A DNA stretch of 48,468 nucleotides from Lachnospiraceae bacterium (GCA_029098105.1 JAQXNR010000033.1:1-48468), one strand, 5' to 3'. Positions 38,309 through 48,345 are shown, counted from the first letter of the stretch. The notes: generated by a model from the letters alone, not told the origin. A program made the numbers and translations.

Positions 38309-41300
38309 TCAAAACAAAAAACTTTGCTGTTCCATTACCTCAATCTGAGAGGTCACCATAATCTCTTCCTCGGCTCCTCTTGTATGTTCTCCCCGAAGAT
38401 ACTGCATTCCTCCCCGCAGGCTTGCTGCCACAAGATTCAACACATAAATATTATCAAATCTGCCATAAATGGAATCGCCGCCAAGACCAGACAGACAAAT
38501 CAACTGGGTGTTCGTCTTTTTAGCCATATCCATAAGTGGCTTTAACAAATGGGCTGCATTAGTCTGCGCAAAGGGATTATCCATGACCAATACTTTTCCC
38601 TCATTTCTATCGGCAAAGATATCCGTGTCATCTCTTCGCATATAATGCAGCAGGCTGGACAAAATAACAAAGGCAGATAAAAAGCCTTCTCCACCGGAAT
38701 TTCTTGCAACCTCCGCCCATGTAATCGGATATTCACGCTGCTCCTCAATTTTGTAAAGTTTAATCTGTATATTACCAACACCAACAATGGTATCATACAA
38801 ATTTTTGGTTGTAATTCTACTACTCAGATAATCAGTTGCATTCTCATTCTTTTCATAGATTTCAATTCCATTTCTTGTCAATTCATCCATAAAATCATCA
38901 AGCCGCTGATGATACAAACCCTCATTCTCTTCCCAATCCGGTATCTGTATCCGCAGCATCTTAATCGGACGTTCACGAACCGCAATCGTTGAATTGTTGT
39001 CAATCTTACCCATATTATTATGAACTTCTTTGATATAATCCTCCAGCAGACCCTCTATTTTACTTTTTTCTTTTTCTACCATAGCAATATCCACCGCAAG
39101 TTTCTCCATCTGACTGTCATAGGATTGAATCGTTGTAAACAGCTGAGCCAGTACCAATTCTGCCTGCCCGGTTACCGCCAGCATTGCCTCTAATGGTTTT
39201 TGATAATACTCTTCCTGATACAACTCCTTTCGAATAATTGCATTCAATAAAGCCTCCAACTTATCCTTTTTGTTCTTATGTTCTTCATTGGCCTGACGGT
39301 AATCTCTTCGCATGATTCCTGCAAAATCACGAAGACTTTTTTCATCCATCTGTTCTATCCGTTCTTCCCATTCAACAGCCTCTGTTACCACAAAATCCTG
39401 ATATTCGGAAAATGCTGTCAAATTCTCATTCAGGCTTGCCAAGTGTCTTTCCACAAGTTTGATTTTTGTGGCGAGTTCTTTTCTTTGATACTTAAGTTTG
39501 TTTATCTCAGCATCAAAATCTACTGTATGAATCTCCTCTTTTGGTAAAGGTTCGTCACTACCACACTGCTCCGCCATACCCTTTTTCTTATCCAGAATCC
39601 GAGTTTTTGAAATATCAATCTGCTTATCCTCGTCATACCAGAGTTTTTCTTTTTCCTTATGCTTCTTCTTTTTATCCTCCAGCAACATCTCCTGATGTAC
39701 TTGCTCCTTTTCGTCATATAGGATTTCTTTCCACTCCCGTTCCAGAACCTGATATTTTTTCTTTTTCTTCGCCAGTTCCTCTTTCTCTTTAACAAGGACT
39801 TTTCCTGCTTTGTCCTGGAGATGCTCCAATTCCTGTAACTGAGATGACATTTGCGTTGTAATTGCTTCATAGCGCGCCTCCAATTCTTCCGGCTGGCAAT
39901 CTGTTACAAAATCTTCCACGACATCGTAACTATCATATTTGACAGTCTTCTCTTTTATGAGATTTACTTTATCTACAATCATCTGTCTCTCATGTTCCAG
40001 CGATTTCAACTTCTCGCCATACTGTTGTTGTAAAACAATTGCCTGCTCTTTCTCACTCTCATAGCGATTTTGTTCTATCCTGCTCTGTTCTACTTTCTTA
40101 CGCTGTTTTTGGTAATTCTCGTAATCTTTACAAAACCGGGTAAAATCGACTTCTCTTCTCTTACACTTCTCTGTTTCTTGTTTTTCTTTCTGAATGACAA
40201 TCTGAAGATGTTCGATTTCCCCAGACAATGCGAGTATTTCTTCTTGTACTTCCAAAATTTCCTTTTCAAGAGCACAGATTGTATCCTTTGTCTCTGCCTG
40301 CTCTTTTTGATTCAACTCCCATCTCTCTTTTGATACGGTTTGCTTTTTCAGGGTGCTTCGACGCTCCATGTACTCCCGGTATTCTGTATTTTTTCGTTCT
40401 ATCTGTTCCTTTTTCTTTTTGATATCCATTTCCTTTTCTGTAATCAATAAGCGCAGTTCTTCTTCATTCAGAAGTTTTTCATTAAACCATAGATAGAAAC
40501 TGATACCGGAAAGATTTACAATACTGTTTTCTTCATCTAGAAGTACTTCTTCTAAGGCTTCGCGTGGAATCAACGGAATCGGAAATGATGTATATATTTC
40601 TTTTCCATGTTTCTCTAATTTCTTTATTTCCTCCCGCGGCAGAATTAACGCATAAGGAAGAAATGGCTGTTTGCGCACCAGTCTTGTGTTCTCTTTTACA
40701 CTGTATCCATTCTTATCCAGCCAGTTCATTCCATACACCGGATGAAGTTCCAATTCATCCAGTAAGGCCCGGAACTCCTGAGGTAACTCCAGAACTTCAC
40801 CTGAAGTAAGTTTTTTGCACTCCTTACTTAACGTATTTTTCTCCTGTTCAAGGCTACTACGTGCGCGGTCGATTTCTCCAAGTTTCCGGTCAGCAACTTC
40901 CAATAACTCATCCAAATTCCACAGTTTTGCATCATCCAACTCCAGATACCGCATAATTGTTTGCCGCTCTTCTATCTGCTCTCTGAATTCCTTCTCTTTA
41001 TCCTGTAACACACGGAGTTCAAATTCTTTATCCTGCTTTTTATTTTGCGAATCCTCTTTCTTACGCTCGCTGGATTTCTTTTTCTCTTCTACATCTACAA
41101 GTTTCTTGGCATGTACATTACAGTTTCTATTCAGTCCTTCTAACTGTTTTTCATATTCCGCCTGCTTAATCTCAAACATTCCCGGCTCATAGTCGCCAAG
41201 AACATTCCTTGCAAAAGATTCCTGATAATTTCGGTTAAATTCCTCTTCCTTCTCGCTAAATCCCTCCATTTTCGTATTGCAGGACGCAATCTGAATAAGA

Positions 41301-42709
41301 AGTTCTCTGATGTGCGTGTCACAATCATTTTCTTTTTCTTTCTGCGCAGCATGCATTTGTTGTATTTCATTATACCTGCGTTCATTTTCTTCCTGCAATT
41401 GACTACTCTCTTCCAAACGCGTTGCATAATAATTCTTCAGATAACTACCAATTTGCCTGCGTTCTGGTTCTAGTTCCCTCTCATTTTTCCTTGAAACATC
41501 AATTTTTTGCGACAAAAACTCATATTCTTTTTCCTGTTCCTCAACCACATTCTGCTGTTTTGCACACTCATAAAGATGTACCATCTTTTCCGTATTGCGT
41601 ATTTCCACTTCTAATTCTTCCATTTCCTTTTCAATGGTATCGCGATTCCCGATATGTACAGCCATTTCATCTGCCAAATTATGAATCTCCATAGACAGTT
41701 TTTCATATAAAATATACGACAGCCTTGTTTCGTAATCCTTATTTGCATCTTCCAACGCAGACTCTTCCAGTTTTGCGATCTCCTCTATACGATTCAACTC
41801 CTGAACGAAACACGCAATGCGATTTTCCAATGCCATTACACTTTGTTCCGCATTCTGATACTCCTTAGCATTTATCTCCACCTGAAGCATGTCCTCTTTA
41901 AATTTCAAAATCGTATCTCTTCGCTCAATTTTTGACTTATTATCCTTATACATTCTAATATATTTATCAACAATATTTTGAAATTCTTTTATTCTGTTCT
42001 GATCATGATTCAGTTTATTCTGTATCGTTTCTAAAAACCACTTTTCAATCAGTTCTTTTTCACTTTTACAATCGGAAAACAATTCTGACAATCCCGATTC
42101 CTTTAAATTTACCTTTCGGATGATGGATTCCCATTCCCTATAATCAATCTTATACTCTCCCAACTTATCAAAATATTGTCTTGACTGAGCATAATTATTC
42201 ATATCATAACAAAAAAACTTCTTGGAACGATCCTTTTTATACATCTCAAACAATTGCTTACAAGCGTTAAAATTTTTAAGCACCACTTCGTTTTTTGACT
42301 TTTCCACAACAGGAATATTGTAAATATCATTTTCACAGCGCGACGGATATTCACTGATAAATTGTATGATTTCCAAAGGCTCAGAAGATTGTTCCTCTGG
42401 CGCCTGGTTTTTTCTTACCATCATCCCCGTAAGACAATATCCTGCCCCTTGATCCAGCACCCATTCAACCATTATAAAAGTCGGTTTTGACGTAGTAAAA
42501 TAACTTTCAAAAGGTCTGTCCTTTGTTTTGCGGTATTGCTTATGCACAAATGGTGCTGTTATCATCTGCACTAAAACCGACTTTCCTCCTCCGTTTCGAA
42601 GAGAAAGTAATGTACTTTCCCCTCCCATTTGAAATGTTTCATCGCTGACACGTATGGAGTTATTATTATAATTCAAATTAATCAAACGAACTGCATTTAT
42701 TTTACTCAT
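38309..42709 (-). CDS. jetC: Wadjet SMC-like ATPase JetC (type III-like)
   Basis: 1466 aa; N-terminal Walker A RNGGGKS, long coiled coils, signature NSGGE and Walker B VLVMDNPF; overlaps jetB by ATGA. Confidence 0.9.
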   Translation of the reverse strand: MSKINAVRLINLNYNNNSIRVSDETFQMGGESTLLSLRNGGGKSVLVQMITAPFVHKQYRKTKDRPFESYFTTSKPTFIMVEWVLDQGAGYCLTGMMVRKNQAPEEQSSEPLEIIQFISEYPSRCENDIYNIPVVEKSKNEVVLKNFNACKQLFEMYKKDRSKKFFCYDMNNYAQSRQYFDKLGEYKIDYREWESIIRKVNLKESGLSELFSDCKSEKELIEKWFLETIQNKLNHDQNRIKEFQNIVDKYIRMYKDNKSKIERRDTILKFKEDMLQVEINAKEYQNAEQSVMALENRIACFVQELNRIEEIAKLEESALEDANKDYETRLSYILYEKLSMEIHNLADEMAVHIGNRDTIEKEMEELEVEIRNTEKMVHLYECAKQQNVVEEQEKEYEFLSQKIDVSRKNERELEPERRQIGSYLKNYYATRLEESSQLQEENERRYNEIQQMHAAQKEKENDCDTHIRELLIQIASCNTKMEGFSEKEEEFNRNYQESFARNVLGDYEPGMFEIKQAEYEKQLEGLNRNCNVHAKKLVDVEEKKKSSERKKEDSQNKKQDKEFELRVLQDKEKEFREQIEERQTIMRYLELDDAKLWNLDELLEVADRKLGEIDRARSSLEQEKNTLSKECKKLTSGEVLELPQEFRALLDELELHPVYGMNWLDKNGYSVKENTRLVRKQPFLPYALILPREEIKKLEKHGKEIYTSFPIPLIPREALEEVLLDEENSIVNLSGISFYLWFNEKLLNEEELRLLITEKEMDIKKKKEQIERKNTEYREYMERRSTLKKQTVSKERWELNQKEQAETKDTICALEKEILEVQEEILALSGEIEHLQIVIQKEKQETEKCKRREVDFTRFCKDYENYQKQRKKVEQSRIEQNRYESEKEQAIVLQQQYGEKLKSLEHERQMIVDKVNLIKEKTVKYDSYDVVEDFVTDCQPEELEARYEAITTQMSSQLQELEHLQDKAGKVLVKEKEELAKKKKKYQVLEREWKEILYDEKEQVHQEMLLEDKKKKHKEKEKLWYDEDKQIDISKTRILDKKKGMAEQCGSDEPLPKEEIHTVDFDAEINKLKYQRKELATKIKLVERHLASLNENLTAFSEYQDFVVTEAVEWEERIEQMDEKSLRDFAGIMRRDYRQANEEHKNKKDKLEALLNAIIRKELYQEEYYQKPLEAMLAVTGQAELVLAQLFTTIQSYDSQMEKLAVDIAMVEKEKSKIEGLLEDYIKEVHNNMGKIDNNSTIAVRERPIKMLRIQIPDWEENEGLYHQRLDDFMDELTRNGIEIYEKNENATDYLSSRITTKNLYDTIVGVGNIQIKLYKIEEQREYPITWAEVARNSGGEGFLSAFVILSSLLHYMRRDDTDIFADRNEGKVLVMDNPFAQTNAAHLLKPLMDMAKKTNTQLICLSGLGGDSIYGRFDNIYVLNLVAASLRGGMQYLRGEHTRGAEEEIMVTSQIEVMEQQSFLF

Positions 42710-43410
42710 TCTCCCAGCACCTTTCTTATCCTCTGATAATTATTCTGATTCAAGAGATTCCAATCCATAAGGTTATCCAACTTTTTGGTAGTTTTTATCA
42801 TCTCGTCCTCTATCACGTAATCAATTAATCCCTGTTCTTCTAAAAAGTTAAAAATTGTATGGAGAAATCCCTCCTTCGTTGTTCTTTGTCTTGTTCCCTT
42901 ATCATCAGAGCGTAACGCTTCATACGCCTCCAACATATTCCGGAATGCGATTCCCTTTTGCTCTTCTTCCTCTTCTGTCGTGTTCTCTACTCCTTCTTTC
43001 AGTCTATCAGAAATACAGTTCTGTAATTCCCCCACCCGAATGTATTCTCTTGACTTACTACTGCTGCCCTGTCCATCGTAGAATTCTACCATAAGCGTTA
43101 ATATGACAAACTGAGACAAATAGAAATCTTTATCTGTTCCGGTTGATTTACAAAGCCGCTTTTTCAATTCCGCCTTTGAGAAACCCAAAAAAACATTCTC
43201 TTCCTTGGGTATCAGATAAATGACATCTCCATACCGTTCCACTGTACTTTCTGCCTCTTCGGCCTGTGATTTCACCAGATTCTGAACCGGTTCCTCTTCT
43301 GTATAAGCCCGGTACAGCCGTTGTTCATCCTGTTCTCTTAACTCATGGTTTTTAAGCAGATAATAAAAAATCTGCTGACTTAGTTGTATTTCTCCCATTT
43401 CATATGCCAT
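42706..43410 (-). CDS. jetB: Wadjet JetB (KITE/MksE-like, DUF6063-type)
   Basis: 234-aa tandem winged-helix-like protein directly before the SMC gene; YLIP...FLGFSK pattern. Assigned by position and size. Confidence 0.78.
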   Translation of the reverse strand: MAYEMGEIQLSQQIFYYLLKNHELREQDEQRLYRAYTEEEPVQNLVKSQAEEAESTVERYGDVIYLIPKEENVFLGFSKAELKKRLCKSTGTDKDFYLSQFVILTLMVEFYDGQGSSSKSREYIRVGELQNCISDRLKEGVENTTEEEEEQKGIAFRNMLEAYEALRSDDKGTRQRTTKEGFLHTIFNFLEEQGLIDYVIEDEMIKTTKKLDNLMDWNLLNQNNYQRIRKVLGE

Positions 43411-43435
43411 ATCACTAACCGTACCTTTCTCTTAT

Positions 43436-45049
43436 CTACATTTCAACCCGAATCTCTACATTGGAACAAAGTATGGTTCTGTAACCCCCTTGTTCGTCAC
43501 AGACATTTGTAAACTTTACACCATTCTTGTCCTCTGTTCGATAAATATATATCCTGGTAATCGTTCTCTTTCTATCGTCCTTATCCACGATACTTAATAT
43601 CATATCATTCAACTGAAAATCCAGCGTATCCTCCACAATATACTCACTTTTTTCTTTCCGTAGAACTGCCAGATCAATCTCTTTACTCTTAATCAGTTCA
43701 ACCATAATTTCCTTAAAAATATCAACATTCGGAATGAGTATCTTCTGCAACTCCGTCTGCTCACTTACCAAGTTCCGAAGTTCTTCCAAAGTAACCCTTT
43801 CCTTTTCAACTGCAATGTCGAGAATTAGCGTTAAACTTTGCTCATACTTTATAAGTTTTTCTCTCTGTTTTCTGGCAATATCTTCCTGCCACTCCTTTTC
43901 ATCAAACTCTAAAATTTCTTCTTCCTCGTCCAGCGTCTTTTTGCGAATTGGACGTTGTAATTCTAATGTTTTATTCAAATTATAGATTTTATCCGGTTCT
44001 TTGTGAAATAATGGTCTAAAAAAGACATCCAACCGTTGTAATCCACTACTGTCAGCCAGCAATTTATCATATAATTCCGTTCTCAGTGAAAACCGCTGTA
44101 TCAATGACATCTGTGCCAAAAGTTCCAATTCCTTTTCATATAAAATTTTTAAATCGAAATGAGAATTCAGAATCTTTTGATGTTCATCAATTCCTCGGTT
44201 TAAGTAACTCTCAATAATTTTAAGGTTATTGAGTTTCTCTTCATCTTCATCGGACAATTTCTTTACATTGATATTTTGCTCTTCCAATTCTCGTGCCCGC
44301 TTCTTTACCGTTTCGCGATAACTCTTGAATTTTTGATTCGTAACATCAATGGTATCTATATCCCCTTCCAATAGTTCTCTATAATCTGCAACAGAATAAT
44401 TCAACGCATTGCGCCGAACCCGCAGCATTGCCTCCTGTATTTTCTGTAATTGAATCCGCAGTAAATTGAATACATTCTTTATCTCATCCACCGCTTTATC
44501 ATAACTTTGTTTTTCCAAGTGCATTTTAAATATCATTTCATGAATGGTAAGTTTCATGTTATTTTCTATTTCCAAAGTGGAAAGAAGAAGATTATATCCA
44601 TCGTCGGTCAGATAATAGGAGGTACGTTTCACTTCAGAATCCACATAAATAACCTTATTTGCAATGTAACTGATATTCATTATTTTGTAGGCTCTCTGCT
44701 CAAAATCATATCCATCAAAATACATCGCCTTACCTTCATTGGATAGAACCACATTAATAATATAATCCCCAAGTATTTTACAATCATCATAAGACATATT
44801 CTTGAAAAAATAGGTTGTATTCAGGTGATCAAGAAATGCTCCGATATCATCCAAAGTACAATTCTCTTCCTTTAATGACTGCTCCATAATATATAACAAC
44901 AGCGCAAAAATTATATTCAATTGTTCATCCATTTTCAGGAATCCATAGTTCTTCCAAATCTGCTTTTGTAAACTATTGGTCATCAAGAGTCCATACATCC
45001 CTACATGTTTCATACGCTTTGGAAACTGTTTTAAAAACTCATATTGCAT
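43436..45049 (-). CDS. jetA: Wadjet JetA (kleisin/MksF-like)
   Basis: 537 aa; N-terminal wHTH-like region (SYYLTDDG) then a helical bundle; lies between the Toprim gene and jetB. Confidence 0.75.
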   Translation of the reverse strand: MQYEFLKQFPKRMKHVGMYGLLMTNSLQKQIWKNYGFLKMDEQLNIIFALLLYIMEQSLKEENCTLDDIGAFLDHLNTTYFFKNMSYDDCKILGDYIINVVLSNEGKAMYFDGYDFEQRAYKIMNISYIANKVIYVDSEVKRTSYYLTDDGYNLLLSTLEIENNMKLTIHEMIFKMHLEKQSYDKAVDEIKNVFNLLRIQLQKIQEAMLRVRRNALNYSVADYRELLEGDIDTIDVTNQKFKSYRETVKKRARELEEQNINVKKLSDEDEEKLNNLKIIESYLNRGIDEHQKILNSHFDLKILYEKELELLAQMSLIQRFSLRTELYDKLLADSSGLQRLDVFFRPLFHKEPDKIYNLNKTLELQRPIRKKTLDEEEEILEFDEKEWQEDIARKQREKLIKYEQSLTLILDIAVEKERVTLEELRNLVSEQTELQKILIPNVDIFKEIMVELIKSKEIDLAVLRKEKSEYIVEDTLDFQLNDMILSIVDKDDRKRTITRIYIYRTEDKNGVKFTNVCDEQGGYRTILCSNVEIRVEM

Positions 45050-45052
45050 TGA

Positions 45053-46051
45053 TTAAATTCCTTTCTGGAAATCTTCTATGGTAAGTATCTCCTGTGGTAT
45101 ATATCTGCCTTTTTGAAGCAATTTCTTCATTTCGTCTACACTCTCCTTTGAAAATACATTCCAAAAACCGGTTCCAATCTTCTGAGTCTGCCCCTTTTTC
45201 ATAGCGGGAAGTTGTTTTTCTCCTATCTCCATCGCCTTCTTCATCATTTCCAAATATCCTTCTGTAAAAGGAGTTATTTTACATTCTGTATCAAATGCTG
45301 CCGCCAGTCTTTCATAAATTGCAATTCCTTCATAATCCAAATCTCCAAAATAATAAATTACGTTGGCTTTCTCTCTCATATATGGCTCTGCACACAGTGA
45401 AAAGTCCTGAAAAGAACGGAAAATTCCTTTCCCTGCTCCATAAATCAGCGTTCCTATCTTCAAGCCTAATATGGAATCTTCACCGGACAATAAATGCCTG
45501 CGCATACTGTAAAAGGTGTCTTTATTTTCTGTTATCAACAAATTCTGTGGTATCTCTCTAGTATGTACATAATAGGCCAAGGGTTCCGTTGTTTCATATA
45601 AATTTAATGTTTCTAAAGGAATTCCACATCTCTTTAATATTTTCTTCCCCTGCTCTTCTTTTAAAAATTTCTCACGATGCCATATTTCAAAACTTCGCTC
45701 ATTCATAGATTTGGGAATCTGCAATGCGTTACGATTTGTTTTCAGATATTGATTCAGAAGCAATAACCATTCTCTGTCTTCACGATACTGCTTAATATGA
45801 TGTAAATAATAATGTGTAGAAATCATTGGCACAAACAAATAAGATAATTCTTCAATATAAACCGTATTATCTTCCTGTTGTTCCAGAACCCAGTATTCAT
45901 TATATAATGCCGGTTTCTTTCCATTCTTTCCAGCTGCTTTTACCGGTTTAATCTTTTCTGCATCGATAAGAACCATTACTCTGTCATATAAATCTCTATA
46001 CTGTTGTATCTTATATTGCGACTCAATATCATGTAAACTAATGCGTTTCAT
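45053..46051 (-). CDS. jetD: Wadjet Toprim nuclease JetD (DUF2220-like)
   Basis: NERSFEIW..EKFL, Toprim glutamate ITENKDTF, and DxD motif YFGDLDYEG. Confidence 0.88.
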   Translation of the reverse strand: MKRISLHDIESQYKIQQYRDLYDRVMVLIDAEKIKPVKAAGKNGKKPALYNEYWVLEQQEDNTVYIEELSYLFVPMISTHYYLHHIKQYREDREWLLLLNQYLKTNRNALQIPKSMNERSFEIWHREKFLKEEQGKKILKRCGIPLETLNLYETTEPLAYYVHTREIPQNLLITENKDTFYSMRRHLLSGEDSILGLKIGTLIYGAGKGIFRSFQDFSLCAEPYMREKANVIYYFGDLDYEGIAIYERLAAAFDTECKITPFTEGYLEMMKKAMEIGEKQLPAMKKGQTQKIGTGFWNVFSKESVDEMKKLLQKGRYIPQEILTIEDFQKGI

Positions 46052-46121
46052 ATTCTTTCTCCAAATCAGGACATTTTACAGACTTGCGTTAATTAGGTTA
46101 CACCCATGCTGGGCAAACTAG

Positions 46122-46153
46122 AAAAACAGGGAGATAAGATGCTTATCTCCCTG
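46122..46153 (-). terminator. Intrinsic terminator about 70 bp upstream of jetD, in the sense orientation
   Basis: CAGGGAGATAAG-CAT-CTTATCTCCCTG-TTTTT; perfect 12-bp stem with a U-tract only on the minus strand. Confidence 0.9.
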
Positions 46154-46158
46154 AAAAT

Positions 46159-46230
46159 TAACAATTCGCATTTTAAACTGCGAAACACTTAAATTAAAGG
46201 TTTGCACTCAAAGTAGCAACGCACTTAAAT
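46159..46230 (-). ncRNA. Candidate ToxI-like (type III TA antitoxin) RNA: two degenerate 36-nt pseudoknot repeats
   Basis: Units ATTTAAGTGCGTTGCTACTTTGAGTGCAAACCTTTA and ATTTAAGTGTTTCGCAGTTTAAAATGCGAATTGTTA (23/36 identical, one compensatory change), between a promoter and a terminator. Confidence 0.6.
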
Positions 46231-46255
46231 CGAGCAAATTTCTTTTCTCACCTAC

Positions 46256-46284
46256 ATTATAGGTAGTTATTCTGAAAAAATCAA
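46256..46284 (-). promoter_or_regulatory. Sigma-A promoter reading toward the repeat cassette and Wadjet
   Basis: TTGATT-17-TATAAT with an AT-rich upstream region. Confidence 0.8.
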
Positions 46285-46499
46285 TATTTTTTTTACATAA
46301 TTTATAAAATTGTCACCTCAATCTAAAATCAAGTTTTATTTACCTGAATTATCATTCAATACCACAATATCTTTATATGTCTTATCTGATCCTTAGCTCC
46401 AATAATCAAATCGGAAGTTTGACAGTTAAATATTTGAAAAAGCACTTGCAGGTCGCATAAAACCTGCTTTTTTTATGTCAACTTTTTTGTTTTACACCA

Positions 46500-46528
46500 T
46501 TGTATTTTATTGCAATGTATGGTAAAAT
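46500..46528 (+). promoter_or_regulatory. Transposase promoter
   Basis: TTGTAT-17-TAAAAT with an extended TG; RBS AAGGAGG before ATG 46550. Confidence 0.55.
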
Positions 46529-46549
46529 ATAGCAAAGGAGGCGTTTTCT

Positions 46550-48277
46550 ATGCGGGTTACTACATCAAAATCAAAGAATGCTGAGTCATTTTATATTTCT
46601 AAAGGTTACATCAATGATAAAGGTGTCAGCACTTCGGTTATTGTCCGAAAACTTGGAACTTTAAAAGAACTTTTACCTGAACACGGTCCAACCCGTGATG
46701 ATGTTATGGCATGGGCTCGTGAGGAAGCAAGAATAGAAACACTAAAATATAAGGAAGAACAAAAAAGTAAATCCATTCAGATTACATTCCATGCTGACAG
46801 ACAGATTCATTATGAACAGCATGTTTTACACCGTGGCGGCTATTTATTCCTCCAGTCATTTTACTATCGGCTTCATATGGATAAGGTTTGTAGAAAACTA
46901 AGAGATAAATATAAGTTCAAATACGATATTAATGCGATTCTATCTGATATGATTTATGCCAGAATTCTAGAACCTTCCAGCAAGCGTTCAAGTTATGCAG
47001 TTGCATCTGAATTTCTTGAAAAACCATCTTACCAGTTACATGATGTTTACAGGGCTTTGGATGTTTTAGGAAATGAATGTGATTTCATTCAGGCTGAGCT
47101 TTATAAAAACAGCCATTTACTAGGAAACAGAAACGATAAAATCCTATACTATGACTGCACGAATTATTACTTTGAAATTGAGCAGGAAGATGGTGGCAAG
47201 AAATATGGAAAATCTAAGGAACATCGTCCTAACCCGATTATCCAAATGGGTATGTTCATGGATGGCGATGGAATCCCCCTGGCTTTTTCACTCTTCCCAG
47301 GGAACGCAAATGAACAGACTTCTCTAAAGCCATTGGAAGAAAAAGTACTTTCTGAATTCGAATGCCAAAAATTTATATACTGTAGCGATGCAGGTCTTGG
47401 TTCCGAAAAAATCAGAAATTATAACCATATGGGGGAACGTGCATTTATCGTCACTCAATCTATCAAAAAACTGAAAGCTGAAGATAAAGAATGGGCATTA
47501 AATCCATGGGGTTTCAAAAGAGTTTCTGATGGTAAGGATATAGACATCACCACTCTTTCAGATGATGATACCGGTCTTTATTACAAAGAAGAACCTTATA
47601 CCCCGCATAAACTTCATCAGCGTTTGATTGTCACATACTCTCCAAAGTATGCACGTTATCAGAAGACTATACGGGATAAGCAGATAGACAGAGCACAGAA
47701 GATGCTCGATTCAGGCAGTGTTAAGAAAGAACGTAAAAATCCAAATGACCCTGCAAGATTTATTGGAAAAGTTGCTGCTACCACAGACGGTGAAGTCGCT
47801 CAAATACATAACTATCTGGATGAAGAAAAGATACGGAACGAAACCCTTTATGACGGACTGTACGCTATTTCAACAGATTTATTGGATGATGAAGTAAGTG
47901 ATATTTTGAAGGTTAGCGAAGGAAGATGGGAAATTGAAGAATGCTTCCGGATTATGAAAACAGACTTCGAAGCACGCCCAATATTCTTACAGAATGAAAC
48001 ACGTATAAAAGCCCACTTTTTAACCTGCTTTATTTCGTTAGTTATTTACCGATATCTGGAAAAAGCTCTTGGCAACTCTTATACTTGTGATACAATTTTG
48101 TCTACATTGAAGAGTATGAACTTTGCATGTGTTCAGGAACAGGGTTTCATACCACTATACAAGCGAAATAAGCTTACAGATAAACTGCATGAAATATGCA
48201 ACTTTCAAACAGATTACGAATTTATCACTAAAAAGGATATGAAAACAATTCAGAAAAAAAGTAAAGGCCGAGAATAA
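46550..48277 (+). CDS. IS1634 family DDE transposase
   Basis: YYDCTNYYFE, YGKSKEHRP, SDAG, RWEIEECFRIMK...ARPIF and RIKAH motifs; intact 575-aa ORF. Confidence 0.93.
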   Translation: MRVTTSKSKNAESFYISKGYINDKGVSTSVIVRKLGTLKELLPEHGPTRDDVMAWAREEARIETLKYKEEQKSKSIQITFHADRQIHYEQHVLHRGGYLFLQSFYYRLHMDKVCRKLRDKYKFKYDINAILSDMIYARILEPSSKRSSYAVASEFLEKPSYQLHDVYRALDVLGNECDFIQAELYKNSHLLGNRNDKILYYDCTNYYFEIEQEDGGKKYGKSKEHRPNPIIQMGMFMDGDGIPLAFSLFPGNANEQTSLKPLEEKVLSEFECQKFIYCSDAGLGSEKIRNYNHMGERAFIVTQSIKKLKAEDKEWALNPWGFKRVSDGKDIDITTLSDDDTGLYYKEEPYTPHKLHQRLIVTYSPKYARYQKTIRDKQIDRAQKMLDSGSVKKERKNPNDPARFIGKVAATTDGEVAQIHNYLDEEKIRNETLYDGLYAISTDLLDDEVSDILKVSEGRWEIEECFRIMKTDFEARPIFLQNETRIKAHFLTCFISLVIYRYLEKALGNSYTCDTILSTLKSMNFACVQEQGFIPLYKRNKLTDKLHEICNFQTDYEFITKKDMKTIQKKSKGRE

Positions 48278-48303
48278 AATACCATATTTTAAAACGAAAC
48301 AAA

Positions 48304-48345
48304 AACAGTTCGCAACCCTTGGAAATACAAGGATTGCGAGCTGTT
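48304..48345. terminator. Hairpin inside the IS right end
   Basis: AACAGTTCGCAACCCTTG-GAAATA-CAAGGATTGCGAGCTGTT, imperfect 18-bp stem. Confidence 0.6.

Noticed and set aside
38309-42709. Housekeeping Smc or SbcC
   Set aside because: There are no scpAB or sbcD neighbours, and it is co-transcribed with a Toprim nuclease in an AT-rich island, which fits Wadjet.
46159-46230. CRISPR repeat-spacer or c-di-GMP riboswitch reading of the jetD leader
   Set aside because: The 36-nt units are adjacent and similar along their length, with no spacers. The GEMM GNRA-tetraloop/receptor pattern is not evident.
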